A stretch of DNA of 63,858 nt, counting the filler, from Saprolegnia diclina VS20 (Eukaryota): the NCBI RefSeq assembly GCF_000281045.1. It is 9 parts of 3 records of this genome, joined end to end, with 100 filler letters (N's around TTAATTAATTAA, not from the genome) between each part and the next. Parts side by side here need not be neighbours in the genome. Positions count along the whole stretch, not along the records: positions 32,437 to 50,419 come from NW_008246159.1; 8 more parts are not named here. The stretch is one strand, 5' to 3'. Positions 36,343-48,855 of this stretch are shown one piece after another (the stretch's first letter is position 1; each line of letters starts with the position of its first letter). The notes below the pieces were generated by a model that was given only the letters and a program-made list of their open reading frames with translations, made no database searches and was not told the origin of the DNA. The translations under genes and the position numbers were made by a program.

Positions 36343-39322
36343 ATGGCGTCCATGCTGCTCCGGCGGGCACGCCCGCTCCTTGCTTCGGCGCGTCACTCGT
36401 TCTCGACGCAGCGCGTCACGCGGCTGTCGCAGGTCGTCGACAAGAAGTGGCAGGCAGCGTGGGAAGCCAAGCACGAGGCCAAGGCGCTGGCGCCCGCGAC
36501 GTCCGACAAGCCCAAGTTCTACTGCCTGTCCATGTTCCCGTACCCGTCCGGTTCGCCGCCAATGGCCAACGTATCGGCCTCACCTCGTGGTCGGTAGGGC
36601 AGCTGCACATGGGCCACGTGCGCGTGTACACGATCAGCGACACGATGGCGCGCCTCCGTCGCATGCAAGGCTACGATGTACGATGAGCTTGGATGCTCGT
36701 TGCAGTGATGATGATCGCTGCGCGTAGGTGCTGCACCCAATGGGCTGGGATGCGTTTGGCCTTCCGGCTGAGAACGCGGCCATCGAGCGTGGCGTGTCGC
36801 CCGCCGACTGGACGCTCTCCAACATCGCCGAGGCGAAGCGCCAGATGAAGAACCTTGGCATCATCTTTGACTGGAGCCAAGAGGTGACGACGTGCCAGGC
36901 CGACTACTACAAGTGGACGCAGTGGATCTTCCTCGAGTTTCTCAAAAAGGGCCTCGCGTACCGGAAGGAAGCGATGGTCAACTGGGACCCGATCGACCAA
37001 ACGGTCCTAGCCAACGAACAGGTTTAGAGACGTTGGCTGCCTCACTCTTACGCTCGCATTGCTAGGTCGATGCGCAAGGCCGGTCGTGGCGGTCGGGTGC
37101 GATCGTGGAGCAGCGCGCGCTTTCGCAATGGTTCCTCGGTATCACAAAGTACGGCGACGAGCTTTTGAACGGTATCGATACGGTACGATGGTCGCTTGTC
37201 TATCGTCAGACAACTTGTCTTATTTGGCGCTTAGCTCACCGAGTGGCCGGACGCTGTCAAGCGCATGCAAGCGGCGTGGATCGGCCGTTCCGAAGGCGCC
37301 CAAGTCCACTTTAACGTACTTTGCTATCGAAACGATCAACGTTGCAACCAGACGTGTAGCTGCCAGTTGTCGGTGACAAGCAGCTCACTGTCTTTACGAC
37401 GCGTGTCGAGACGCTCCTGGGCGTGTCCTACGTAGCCGTGTGCCCCGAACACGACCTCATGGACGAGCTTCGGGCCCACGTGCCGGCGCCGCAGCGCGCT
37501 GCGGTGGACGCCTTCATCGCACGCACCAAGGCACTGACCAAGGTTCACTCCTTTATTGTATCTATCAAATTCTCAGACTTCTCGCGTGCGTAGGACCAGC
37601 GCAACAACGGCGACACGAGCTCGGGCGTCAACACGGGCTTGACGGTCGTGCACCCCATCACCAAGCAAGAGGTGCGCTCTTCACGTCCAAGCATCTGCCA
37701 ACGCACCGTCGTAGGTGCCCGTGTACTTGGCCGAGTACGTTCTCCCAGGTGTGGGGACTGGTGCGGTCATGGGTGTGCCTGCCCACGACGACCGTGACGC
37801 CGTCTTTGCGGGTCACCACGGGCTCGCGGCGCGCCGCGTCTTGACGGACGACAACGTCCTCTGCGACAGCGGCGCCTTCTCGGGTTTGTCCGCTGATGTT
37901 GCCAAGACGGCCATTATTGCGCACCTCCAAGCTGACAACCACGGCGACGCCCATGTCCAGTACCGTCTCCGCGACTGGCTCGTCTCCCGCCAGCGCTATT
38001 GGGGCGCGCCGGTGCCCGTCATTCACTGTCCAAGCTGCGGTCCGGTCGGTGTGCCGGCGGCCGACTTGCCGGTCGAGTTGCCGCCGCTGACCAACCCCGA
38101 GGAAGATTTGCGCGGGAAGGGCGGGTCGCCTCTCGCGCGCATGGGGCACTGGAAGCACTGCCGTTGCCCCGAATGCGGCGGCCCCGCCGAGCGGGACACG
38201 GACACGCTCGACACGTTCGTCGACAGTTCGTGGTACTTTCTCCGGTACGGCGACGCGACGAACGCGGACGCGCCGTTCACGCAGCCGCAACTGACCAAGT
38301 GGATGACGAACGGTGTCGATTTGTACATTGGCGGCATCGAGCATGCGATTTTGCACTTGCTCTACTCGCGCTTTGTCACCCGGTTCCTCGCCGACACCCA
38401 CAACGTGCCGACGTCCGAGCCCTTCAAGAAGCTCCTCGCGCAAGGGATGGTGCTCGGTCGCACGTACAAAAGCCCCGAGTCGCTCCGGTTCCTCAAGCCG
38501 CACGAAATCACTGTCGACGACGACGGCACCGTGCGCGAAGCTGCGACGGGCGAGGTCGTCGTCACGGCCTGGGAAAAGATGTCCAAGTCCAAGTACAACG
38601 GCGTCGACCCAGAAGACATTTACCGTCAGTATGGTGCCGACGTGGCGCGTCTCCTTGTGCTCTTCAAGGCGCCGCCAGCCCACGAGCTCGAGTGGGACGA
38701 AGCTGACTTGCTCGGCCAGTCGCGTTGGCTCATGCGCATCTGGGGCCTCCTCTACGACCATCTCGACGCGACGTCGTCATCGTCCGACAGTCTAGAGAGC
38801 CATGCAAAGGAAGCCAAGGAGCTCTCGCTGGCCGTGCACACGGCCATCCAAAAGGTCACGAATGCGCTCGAGGAGACCCAGTCGTTCAACGTAGCGATCG
38901 CCGAGCTCATGAAGCTCTCCAACAAGATGGGTCAAGTGGGCCATCTTGCGGGCTCGCCGGCGTACGACCACGCCATCCGCTCGCTCGTGACGATGCTGTC
39001 GCCCCTCGCGCCGCACAACGCGTCGGAAATGTACGCGACGCTGCACCGGACGGCAACAGACGACGTCCACGATCTGCCGTGGCCCGTCCACGACCCCAAT
39101 GTGCTGGCGAGCGCCGAGATGCACGTCGTGATTCAGATCCGCGGCAAGACGCGCGAGACGATGCAAGTGCCGGCCGATGCGGACGAGGCGACGCTGCGGG
39201 CGCTGGCGCTGGCGCTGCCCAACGTCCAAAAGCACGTGGGCGACAGCGCTGGGATTCGCAAGGTCATTTTTGTGCCGTCGCGAAAGCAAGGCCAGCACGC
39301 GCTCCTTAACTTTGTCGTCTAA
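36343..39322 (+). CDS. LARS2: Leucyl-tRNA synthetase, mitochondrial (bacterial-type), multi-exon
   Basis: Arg/Ser-rich presequence; [69 protein letters not shown]. Confidence 0.96.
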
Positions 39323-39509
39323 GACGCAGATGCAACATACAGACAAGGTGTTTTGTTAGCTCATTATTTTTGATACTTTTTTTCGAACCAATGGCATCAC
39401 GTTGTGGGCGTCGCGACCGCGATGTTTTCGGGGGGACCACAAATGTACCGCCCGCCACTCGAGTCGCTTCGTCGGCAGACCCAGCCTTGTCGCACTTCTT
39501 GGTCGGTCC

Positions 39510-41135
39510 CTAGTCCATTGTGAACAAGGTAGGGGTAGGGTAGGGGTAGGTACCGGTGCCATACGACGGCGACGTGTGCAGATACCGGAGCGGCGTCGCC
39601 TCGTCTTCTTCAAAACTCTCGGGGTTCTCGTCGTCGTCAAACTCGACAAATTGGCCGTACTCGGGCAGGTACATGCCGAGGCTGCTCATCTTCTTTTGGA
39701 GCTGGCGCGTCTTGGCTTTGGGCGCGAGGTCCAACTCGGACGCCAATCGGACGCCAAGGACCACGCCGACGAGCAGTAAGAAGGCGGCAAAGACCACAAA
39801 GACGCACGGCAGCGGACTCTCGCACGTGTGGCCGTCCGCACAGTAGGACGTGCGACGCGCCGGCAAGACCTGCATGAGCCCGAGCGCGACAAAGGGGCCA
39901 AGGGCTTGGCCAAAGTACACGGCGCTGCCAAAGAGGCCGATGAGGAGCTGGAGGCTGCCGTTGCCACAGCGTGGCAAGGACGCCAGCGCGAGCGGCAAGA
40001 CAGGCGCGAGCGAGAGCGACGCGCCGCAGCCGATCAAGGTGAGCGCGAGGCCTTGCAGGCTCCATAGCGCCCACACCGACGGCGCGCTCGGGGCCAGTAC
40101 GAGCGACGGTAGCCCGAGGCTAGCAAAGCCGCAGCTGCTCGTAACGAGGCCGGCCACAATCGCCGGCTTGCACCCGCACTGGGTGCTAAAGACGCTGTAG
40201 ACGACGCCGCCGAGGTAGTAGACAAGGGCGCTGAGACCAAACCCGACGCCGATGGCCGTGTGCTGGGCGCCGAGCTCCTTCTGAAGGTGCGACCCGAGGT
40301 TGGGGTCGATGAGCCCAAAGCCACACATGATGAGCGCTGTGACGCAGAGGCAGCTCAGCGACGTATGCGTGAGGACATCCGTGTAGCCAACTTCGGGCTC
40401 AGAGTTGAGGCTCGTGGTCGCTGCGCCCGCGAGACCATCCGGGAGCCCATATTCGAGGAAGAGCGACGGGAGCACCATGACGCAGGCCAGTTGCGCGACG
40501 CCCGAAGCGAGAAAGGGCACTTGGACGCCGCCAAAGTCGTAGAGCGCACTGCCGACCATGGGCGCGCTAATGAACGCAATCGCAATCACAAGCTCCGTGA
40601 CGCTCACGGCGTGGCCGACGCGGTTGCCAAAGCCGTCGGCGATCATCGCAACAGAGCCGACAATGGCCATGCCGGCGCCCCAGCCTTGCACACTGCGCAG
40701 AGCAATGAGAAGGTACACGTTGGTCGCGTACGCAAAGGCGAGTGTGGCCATCGCGCTGCCAAAGAGGCCGAGGCAGAGCACGCTTTGGCGGCCAATTTTG
40801 CTGACGGCGATCGACGCGAGCGGGCATGCAAGCATGATGCAAAGCGGGTAGATGGAAAAGAGCGTCGAGATCTCGAGCGGCGACGCGCCAAGTGTGTGCT
40901 TGGCGTACGCCGGGTAAAAGCCCACGAGGAGCGTTGTCAGTTGGTTGGCGACGAAGAGCACGGCCGCACCGACGCACGTGACGATCGCGGCCTGCCACGA
41001 CGGGCGGCGCAGCGGGTTCCACGGCTGCGAGACCGCCATGAGCGCGTCGTGGGCACACGCGTTCTCGCAGCAGGCGCAGTAGCCGTAGTCGCTGCTCGTG
41101 CTGCGCTTGCGCTCGGCCACGAGAGCGCTGGCCAT
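39510..41135 (-). CDS. MFS transporter (SLC18B1/VMAT-like)
   Basis: About 12 hydrophobic helices; motif-A-like SKIGRQ; LRSVQGWG; PMVGSALYDFGG.QVPF; intronless. Confidence 0.85.
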   Translation of the reverse strand: MASALVAERKRSTSSDYGYCACCENACAHDALMAVSQPWNPLRRPSWQAAIVTCVGAAVLFVANQLTTLLVGFYPAYAKHTLGASPLEISTLFSIYPLCIMLACPLASIAVSKIGRQSVLCLGLFGSAMATLAFAYATNVYLLIALRSVQGWGAGMAIVGSVAMIADGFGNRVGHAVSVTELVIAIAFISAPMVGSALYDFGGVQVPFLASGVAQLACVMVLPSLFLEYGLPDGLAGAATTSLNSEPEVGYTDVLTHTSLSCLCVTALIMCGFGLIDPNLGSHLQKELGAQHTAIGVGFGLSALVYYLGGVVYSVFSTQCGCKPAIVAGLVTSSCGFASLGLPSLVLAPSAPSVWALWSLQGLALTLIGCGASLSLAPVLPLALASLPRCGNGSLQLLIGLFGSAVYFGQALGPFVALGLMQVLPARRTSYCADGHTCESPLPCVFVVFAAFLLLVGVVLGVRLASELDLAPKAKTRQLQKKMSSLGMYLPEYGQFVEFDDDENPESFEEDEATPLRYLHTSPSYGTGTYPYPTPTLFTMD

Positions 41136-41699
41136 GATGATCCGTCGAGACCGAAAAGTGGGTGGGAATATCTGCGACACATCCGGTTGGGCCATCGGAA
41201 ATCCGCCGCTTTGGATTGGTCGGCTAAAAAAGATCGCTGCGACATGGCGGCGCCTGGGGCAAAGACGCGGTCCGATGGTCCGATTTGGGCGCTTGCAGTA
41301 GCTCCGCGAGTAGCCGGAACCATGCTGGTTGATGGGCGGCGAGCGGCTTCGAACGAGGAGATCGGACGAGGTACATGCACTAGCCTTGGGCGGCAGCTAG
41401 CTCGAGCGACGCCAACGACGGCAGCAGCTGCCATGGCCTTTCTGCTTTCAACGCTACGCTGCACCTCGTCGCTGGACGACGCCGTCGCCCGAGCTGAAAC
41501 AACGTGACGCGGGGCGCTTGCCTTTGGCGCCGCCTACAGCGCTCGCCGCCGTCGACGCCGACGACGACCAACGTGCTGGGACGAGCAAGGCGAAAGAAGA
41601 TGATGACGCGAGCCCGTCGTTCGATCCGACGGGCGCAATAAGATATTATACGGTGCAGATTAGTCGTCTAGTGGGGACCGGCTAGGAATAGATAGAGGT

Positions 41700-41928
41700 T
41701 GGCAGCAGCGCTACGGGTCGGGCCACGTGGGCGTGCTGGCGCCATCGGACGTGCCTTCGCTGATGCGGAACATGGCGCGATCCGAAATCGCAAAAAGCCA
41801 CGCCGGGTCGTGGCAGCAGCGCTACGGGTCGGGCCACGTGGGCGTGCTGGCGCCATCGGACGTGCCTTCGCTGATGCGGAACATGGCGCGATCCGAAATC
41901 GCAAAAAGCCACGCCGGGTCGTGGCAGC
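41700..41928. repeat. Perfect 111-bp tandem duplication bounded by TGGCAGC microhomology
   Basis: 41700-41810 is identical to 41811-41921; TGGCAGC occurs at all three junctions. Confidence 0.92.
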
Positions 41929-43114
41929 CGCTGTTGATGAACGGCGCGAGGTCGACGTGGTCGGTGGTAAAGTCGACGTCGCTGCCGTCCTTGGCGCGCT
42001 GAACGCAGTCGTGGCAGACGCGGAGCTCGAGGAGTGGCACGTGCACGGCCGTCTCGGCGCGCTGGACGCTCGTGCAGTCAAAGCAGTAGTACTCGTTGCA
42101 GAGCCGGCAGACCGACTTGCGAGCGCCGAGGAGCGCGTTGCAGCCAGCACACGACCGCGTGAGCTCGGGGATCTTGAGCCGGCGCGTCGTGAGGCGGCGT
42201 CCGAGGCGGCGGCGAAAGAGGAGCGACGGCATCCCGCTCAGCGAGCCCGCCATGCGCTCGAGGTACATTTGGGTCTCTTTTTGCGCGTGCAGGCTGAAGT
42301 GGGAGGCGTGGAACGTGATGCGGCAGACGCCCTGCACCTCTTCGACGTGGAAGCCAAAGAGGAGGTGCTTGTGGCGCGTCATGACCCGCGTCTTCTTGTG
42401 GCCCTTGCGCTCGAGCGTCGGGTGCGAGACGTTGTTGTCGACGCTCTTGAAGACGCGGACAAACGACTTGTCGCTGAGCTGCTTGGCGTAGTCGAGCACG
42501 AGCCATTCGGATTGCCGCTTGGTAAAGAGACCGTGGTGCGCAAACACTGACTGCTTGACGGACGCGCAGCCGTCGACGCCCGCGCGCGCGAGGCGGGCGA
42601 GCGTGCTCGTGGCCGCATCGTGAACATCGTCGCTCAGCACATCATCGCTGTCGTCGTCGTCGTCACTGGTCGTCGGCTCGGTCGGTGCGCAGCGGCGGAC
42701 GTCGGTGGTCGCCACGAGGTCCGCGCCGAAGACACGCGCCATGAAGACGTTAAAGCCGTGGTGCGCGGTCGACGGGTCCATGTCGCCGGCGAGGAGCTCG
42801 ATGATCTCGTTGACGCTGCTGTGCTCGACTTCGACGACCGCGTGGACCGTGTAGAGGTGTGCGGCCTTGTCGTACTTGGCCACCACCGGGCGGTGCCCGC
42901 TGTGCTGCATGTGCTTGGTGCTGCCGCAGAGGCGGAGGAAGCGGCGCGCGAGGAGGTCGCCGTGCGCAACGAGGTCGGCGTCGCTGAGCGTGCGCACGTC
43001 GTGGGGAAAGCAAAAGATGGACGCCGGCGGCGCCTGCTTGTGCAGCGAGAGCGTCGAGCGCGGCCCGAGCGACGACGAGAGCGACGACCGGCGCCAGCGG
43101 TCAAACCACTGCAT
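41822..43114 (-). CDS. Oomycete START-like + FYVE zinc-finger protein
   Basis: C-terminal CAGC...RKSVCRLCNEYYCFDC...RVCHDC; N-terminal START-like region typical of this expanded family. Confidence 0.8.
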   Translation of the reverse strand: MQWFDRWRRSSLSSSLGPRSTLSLHKQAPPASIFCFPHDVRTLSDADLVAHGDLLARRFLRLCGSTKHMQHSGHRPVVAKYDKAAHLYTVHAVVEVEHSSVNEIIELLAGDMDPSTAHHGFNVFMARVFGADLVATTDVRRCAPTEPTTSDDDDDSDDVLSDDVHDAATSTLARLARAGVDGCASVKQSVFAHHGLFTKRQSEWLVLDYAKQLSDKSFVRVFKSVDNNVSHPTLERKGHKKTRVMTRHKHLLFGFHVEEVQGVCRITFHASHFSLHAQKETQMYLERMAGSLSGMPSLLFRRRLGRRLTTRRLKIPELTRSCAGCNALLGARKSVCRLCNEYYCFDCTSVQRAETAVHVPLLELRVCHDCVQRAKDGSDVDFTTDHVDLAPFINSGCHDPAWLFAISDRAMFRISEGTSDGASTPTWPDP

Positions 43115-43926
43115 GTCCGATTCGCAAATGGATGAACTTCGCACTCGATCTTGTTGCCAGCTGGGTCAAGAGAGCCGGCGCGTGCAATGGCAATCTCGAA
43201 CCGAACTGTCCACAGCACCCGGATCGTCCCACTTTGGCCGATGTGACTCACGCTGTCTGTGGTTGTGGCCGGCAAATCGAACCGATGGCCAGCAGGCACC
43301 GTCTCCCGCCACACCTTGAACGCTGTGCCAGTCCTGTCGGGCCGTCTCCGTCACCGAGCCAAGCGACTTTGCACGAGACAATACGGTATCGACGGCCGTC
43401 TACATTGAGGCAAGATGCGGTGTCGCCGCGGCCTGTCTGTGCCCGCATACCTTGGGAAATCGTCGTCCAACTCTCGCGCGTACTGGACTGGATGCTCCTT
43501 AGTATCTCTCCGGCCCCGGCCACCACCGCTGGCAGCCAAAGGCTACGTCCATAGAACGGACCTCGGCGCGATCCAGCGCAGGCCGCTCCGCCGGCTCAGA
43601 TGTGGGGAAGCTATGCGGTTGTGTTGACCAGATCGATCTTACGAGCTCGCGGTGCGAACCAGACGAGCCACAGGTGGATGTGGTCCTGGCTGCATAGAGC
43701 CAACGGTGCACAGACATGGAAGATCTCAAAATTTGGCCACGACAATGGTGGCCGGTGTCCTAGATGCGTGTCTTCTGCGTTTAGTCCTCACCTTGGCATA
43801 TCGCAGCTACTGTCCGTCATGCCACCACCATGAGCTCGACGTGATAGAGGAAGATACATCTTCATTCATCTGTACAGTACAGAACGCACGTTAGCAGTGC
43901 ATCATGACACGCTGCGAGGATGACGC

Positions 43927-46900
43927 CTACGAACTGGCGTCGGCACTGGACAGCTTCTTCTTCTTCTTCTTCTTGGCCAAGACACTCTTGCGGTCGCCAC
44001 GCTTGTCGCTGGTGCGTCTCTGCAGTTCAAGCATCGCGCCAGCTTTGATCGTCGACCGCTCGAGTGCCGGCTCCTCGACGTCCTTCTCGTCCGACTCGTC
44101 GCTCGAGGCGTTCTCGCCCGAGAGTATCTCGTCGTCGAGCGATCGCTGGACGCGAATGTTGTAGCGCGGCTTCTCGGCGCGGAGACCGAGGGGGGCCGCG
44201 ACCATGATCTTCTTTCGTGGGCCGGACGCCGTCGCGTCATCGCCAATGAGGCTCCGCACGCTCTGCTCGACCGCGTCGACGAGCATGGCGGTGTCCATGC
44301 CCTGGTCACTCTTGACACCGAGCATCTGTGCAATGTGGAGGAGCCCCAAGTGCAAGTTCTACTCCGACAGAATCGTGTCACAGCAAAGTGAAGAGATTCG
44401 AATACCTCGGAGAGCGTTTTGAGCCGCTGGGCGCGCTGCTTCTTGTGTTGCGACAAGGCCGACGCGTCGGTGAGCTGCTGCTCGAGCTGCTTGACGCTCA
44501 GAGCTTTTGGCGCGTCGTCCTTGCCTGGCTTGCTGCTACTGGCGGGTGTCGCGGTCGTTTGCCCGAGCTTCAAGTTTTGTAGCTCGACGCGAACCGCCTC
44601 GAGCTCCAGCCGGCACGCTTGCACCCGCGCCTCGGCCTCCCGCTCTTCGGCCGCGAGCTGCGCTGCGTGCTCGTTCTACGACCGGGTCCAGTCCATGTGG
44701 TCGTGTAGCGGGGACGTACTTGGTCGTGCCACCGAAGCAGCACTTGGTCGGCCTCGTTGACGCCGACGTGCCGGAGCATGCCGAGAATCCCGTCGTCGCT
44801 AAAGTTGCTGCCCTTGTAGAGCTTGAGGTCGGCCGCTTTCTGGACGCGGAGGCAGCTCATGTCGTGCTTGTGCTCTTCCTTTTCCTTGATTTGGATGAGC
44901 ATCTCGACCTCCTCTTCCGACGAGAGGTCGCCCTCCGCCTGCTTCTTCATCTCTTTCGCCGCGAGTCGGAAGCGCGCTTCCCAGTCCATTTGACGCTCGA
45001 TCTGCAAGTGGCGCCAGCGCAACCTAATGCGCGGTGGCAACGGTCCAGCGAAATGGGCGAGAAAAGACCGTGAGAGTGTGAGCTGGTGGATCTCCAGCTT
45101 CTCGTGGATCGCGGCCGTGAGCTTGGGGATCTCAATCGACGCCAGGCGGCTCTCGTACCCGATCACCTGCGCTTTTTGTTGGAGGTCGGTGATGTCCTGC
45201 TTCATCTTGCGGACGCTGCTCTCGGAGCCTTCAATGATCTAGTCACCCTAACCCTCGTATCTGTACGACTAGAAGGCAAGGAGTACATTCGGGTCCCGCG
45301 CCGGGTTGGACTCGCACTGGCGCAGAATGGTCTTGTAGTAGTCGCTTTTCTGCCGCCCGTGCGTCGTTTCAAGAAGGGCGAGTCGGATGCTCTCGTCCAG
45401 CTGCTCGCGGAGCTGCGAATTTTGGTTTTGATGCGACGAGTTGGCTCGAGCGTCCACGAGCTTGGCCTCGAGCGTGGCGAGGATATCGGCGCGCTCTTTT
45501 GAGACAAATTTCAACTTGTCGTGGCGACTTCGGAGCTCCCGCAGCTGGTCCTACAGTTCAAGACACTGAAGACATGCAGTCTCTCATGCAGAGCGTACGC
45601 GCAGCGCTGGGACCGAGAGGTTGATGTTGGTGTTGCCGCTCGACTCGACAAACTCGAGGGCCCCCGACTCGCCGGGGTTGAGGTACTCGAGCGCTGCCAT
45701 CGAGTTCTTCTTGGGCGAGTGGCGCGTGATGATGCGCTTGCGCTCGGCGACCACGCTCTTCGGAAAGACGGGGCCACTGCTATTGGTCGGCGGCTTGAGA
45801 CTCGGCACGCTGTTTTGACGCTCACGCTTGGAGCTTGTCGAGATGGAACGGTCGTGCGGTCCGCTGCCGGCCGTGCTGTGCATGCTGTCGGGCGCAACCG
45901 ACTCGACCGCGTGCTCCGAGTGGGAGAACTTTTTGAGGAAAAGGTTCTCAAACGAGACCGCAATGAGCGGAAACTGCGTCCAGAGCCACCGGCGGACGTA
46001 GTACCCATCGTCGGTCTCGTGCGGGCAGAGGTAGTCGACGATGCCCTGGATCTGCTTGGACTCGACGTCGTTGAGATGCGCGAGCGAGAACGTGCCTTGG
46101 CTGTTGATAAACTCTTTGAGCTGCGGCGGGTCCGGTCGATCCATCAGCACCTTGATCTCGTCGGTGGCTTGCCACGTCCGTAAAAACTCGGTGATCTAGT
46201 TGATTCCAAGCATGAGATCGCGGTGCAGATGACGGTATGGACCGTCAAGAAGAGCGAGAGCAGCTCTTCGGTGCTCGGGCCCTCAAACTCCATGTACTCG
46301 TCGAGCGACCGAATGTAGTCGTCGACCGGGTCGTGCATGCTAAAGTACGACCGCAGCGTGCGCCAGTACGCGAGAAAGTCCTGTCGGTTGCGCTCGTGCC
46401 ACCAGAGCTGAAACATCTTCATGTCGACCAGGCACGCCTGGAGCTGGGACCACAAATTGCAGCACTCGAGCTGCACGGGCAGTTCGTCAATGCGGCGCTG
46501 GCTCGCGGGCATTTTTTCAAAGTACGTTGCGATCGTCTTGTGGTAGCCGTGCCGGAGACTATCGTCGCGCAAAAACCCATACCTACACATTTCACAACCT
46601 TGAGAAACCACTGGGAACCTGAGCGAGGACCGTGCGAGCAGCCGGAGTTGGTTGTGGCTCAAGTCGTACAAGACCACGTCGCAGTCGGGCCGATGGATCG
46701 CCATGAGGTGCGGCAAGAGGAGCTGGAAGAGCACGATGCGCACGGTACGCGGCGCGGCGTCGTCCAGCAAATGGTGAAAGTCCTTTTCCGAGAGCCCAAA
46801 CCGAGCGACCGTGAAGAGCGAGAGCGCGTGGCGCGCCAAGAGAGCGCGACGCTCGACGCACCCTCGCGCCTTCTCGACGTCGGCGTCGTCGACGGCCAAC

Positions 46901-48752
46901 GACGGCGCAATGCCTTCCGACTCGCGCCGACTGCCGCGTTTGCGGGTCTCAGAGGCGGGAACCACCTCGGGGCGCTGGACTCGGGCGACCACCGCGTCGT
47001 AGTTTTCCTGAACGTCGGCGAGCAGAATGGTGCGCCACTGCTGCAAGACAAACTAATCGACGAGTCATCATGACATTGATCGATAGACGTTCTGTACCTC
47101 GTACAAGGTCGGAAAGTCGTAGACGCCGAGCACTTGGCGAAGGTACTCGGTCTTGGCCGTGCTCGAGGCATACATGGTGAGGATGAACCGCAAGTACAAC
47201 GGCGAGCTGCTCCCACGGCCGTCGAGAAGCGTCTGGATCGCTTCGTCGTTCATTGTCGCAGGGCTCTACGATCCGGTGACGAGGCTAGCAAGGACCAACG
47301 CCATCTACCCGCGTCAAGTAGTCCTACACGCCAATGTGAGCAGCGAATAACACAGTATTAAACGCTCGTACGTGAATGATCTTGAGACACATGCGCTCGT
47401 CGAGCGGCTCGACCGTGAGGAAGCCGGCCTTGCGACGTCGAAGCTCTTTGATCGTGTGCGTATCCGAGACGTCGGGGGCCAGCGTCGACTCGAAAATGAG
47501 GTCATCGCTAGACACCAAGTCCAGCTTTTGACACGGTACAATATTGTCGTACTCGCTGTCGTAGCTGTACTCTTTACGAACGATCCAGCGACAACTCGCG
47601 AGCTGCGCGCTCTTGGCGGGCTTGGTCGCCGACATCAAGATGCGCACCCCTAGTCGACGTCATGCTGGCACCACGACATCAAATTGCACGGAGTTCACCA
47701 GCGGGGAGGTTGTTGGGTAGCCACGAGAGACTCTCGCCGCCGTCTTCGGTGCGCAGGTTGTCAACTCCGTCCAAGACAATAATGATGCTACGCGCGTCAT
47801 GCACATCGACGTCGCAGGACAAAAATGTACTTTTTCCGCTTGCCATTTTGGCTCGTCGCGCGATGGCCCACGGCGCCTTCGAGGCAGCGCGCCAGCGAAA
47901 ACTTGAGTTTCTCTTCTTCGTGTTCGTTGGGCAGCTGCGAAATGTCGTACGAATAGGGTCTATTTTGCGAGGATCGAAGCGGGTACCTCGAAATCGCGCA
48001 GCGAGAACGCGGCCTTGAGGTGGAACATGAGCCGAAATAAAAACACCGAGAGCTATAGCACCATCCAGAGAGATATGGTGGCGAGGTCAAGCAAAAGTAC
48101 CTTGACGCTTTCGTACGAGCAGCCGCAGTAGTGCTCGAAAATGAATTCCGGGTTGGGCGGCGGCTTGCGCAGACGCTGCTGGACCCAGTTGATGAGCAGC
48201 GACGACTTGCCACTGGCCGGGTGGCCCGTCACAACCATGAGCGCCGACGACGGCTCAAACTCAAACCGACAGTGGCTGTCGAGGATTTGCATGTACTGGA
48301 TGGTCTCGACGTAGCCAAAGCCTTCCATACGGCTACGACATACAAGTTGTCGTGAATCTCGTTGACGAGATGAGCTACCTCTTGCCGAACGCTTCGTGGG
48401 CCGCGCTCTCGCGGAGGACGGTGGCCGACTCGGCGCGCTGGGCCTCGTCGCTTGAACGAAGCGCTTTTGGCAGCAAGATAACGCTTGGCTCTTTCTTGAG
48501 CTTCTTGACCGGCGACGACGCGCTGCTGAGGAGGCTCACCGAGCTCATGCTCGCGCTCAGCGGAGTCGGCGGCGTCATTTCGGTTACTTGTATGCTTTTG
48601 CGAGTTTCGGCGATAAAACCACTGTGGGTTATACACTTAAATGATGCCCTTTCGCATCTAATGACCTCTGCTTGGTCACGTTTCGAGTCGGGTGCGTCGA
48701 CCTTTGTGCGAGATCGGACGAGGTGTCGGCCTCCGCTTGGATCGAGAAGCAT
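43927..48752 (-). CDS. Large multi-exon NACHT/STAND-type P-loop NTPase with C-terminal coiled coil (may be two genes)
   Basis: Walker A VVTGHPASGKSSLL followed by IFEHYCG; Walker B IIIVLDGVDNL; SPLYLRF; RRIDELP.QL; long coiled-coil exons at 45500-43927. Confidence 0.72.
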
Positions 48753-48855
48753 GGCTGCGTGTTGGCAAGGCGGTTTAGGGTGTCAATGTACTAGTACACC
48801 TCGTATAAGAACAAAGTGTCGTGGCGCTCGACCTGTAAGTACGCTACAGAACTAT

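Noticed and set aside
39528..39550. TAGGG-like telomeric/G-quadruplex repeat
   Set aside because: Short and irregular, and explained by the antisense TYPYPTPT codons of the MFS gene.
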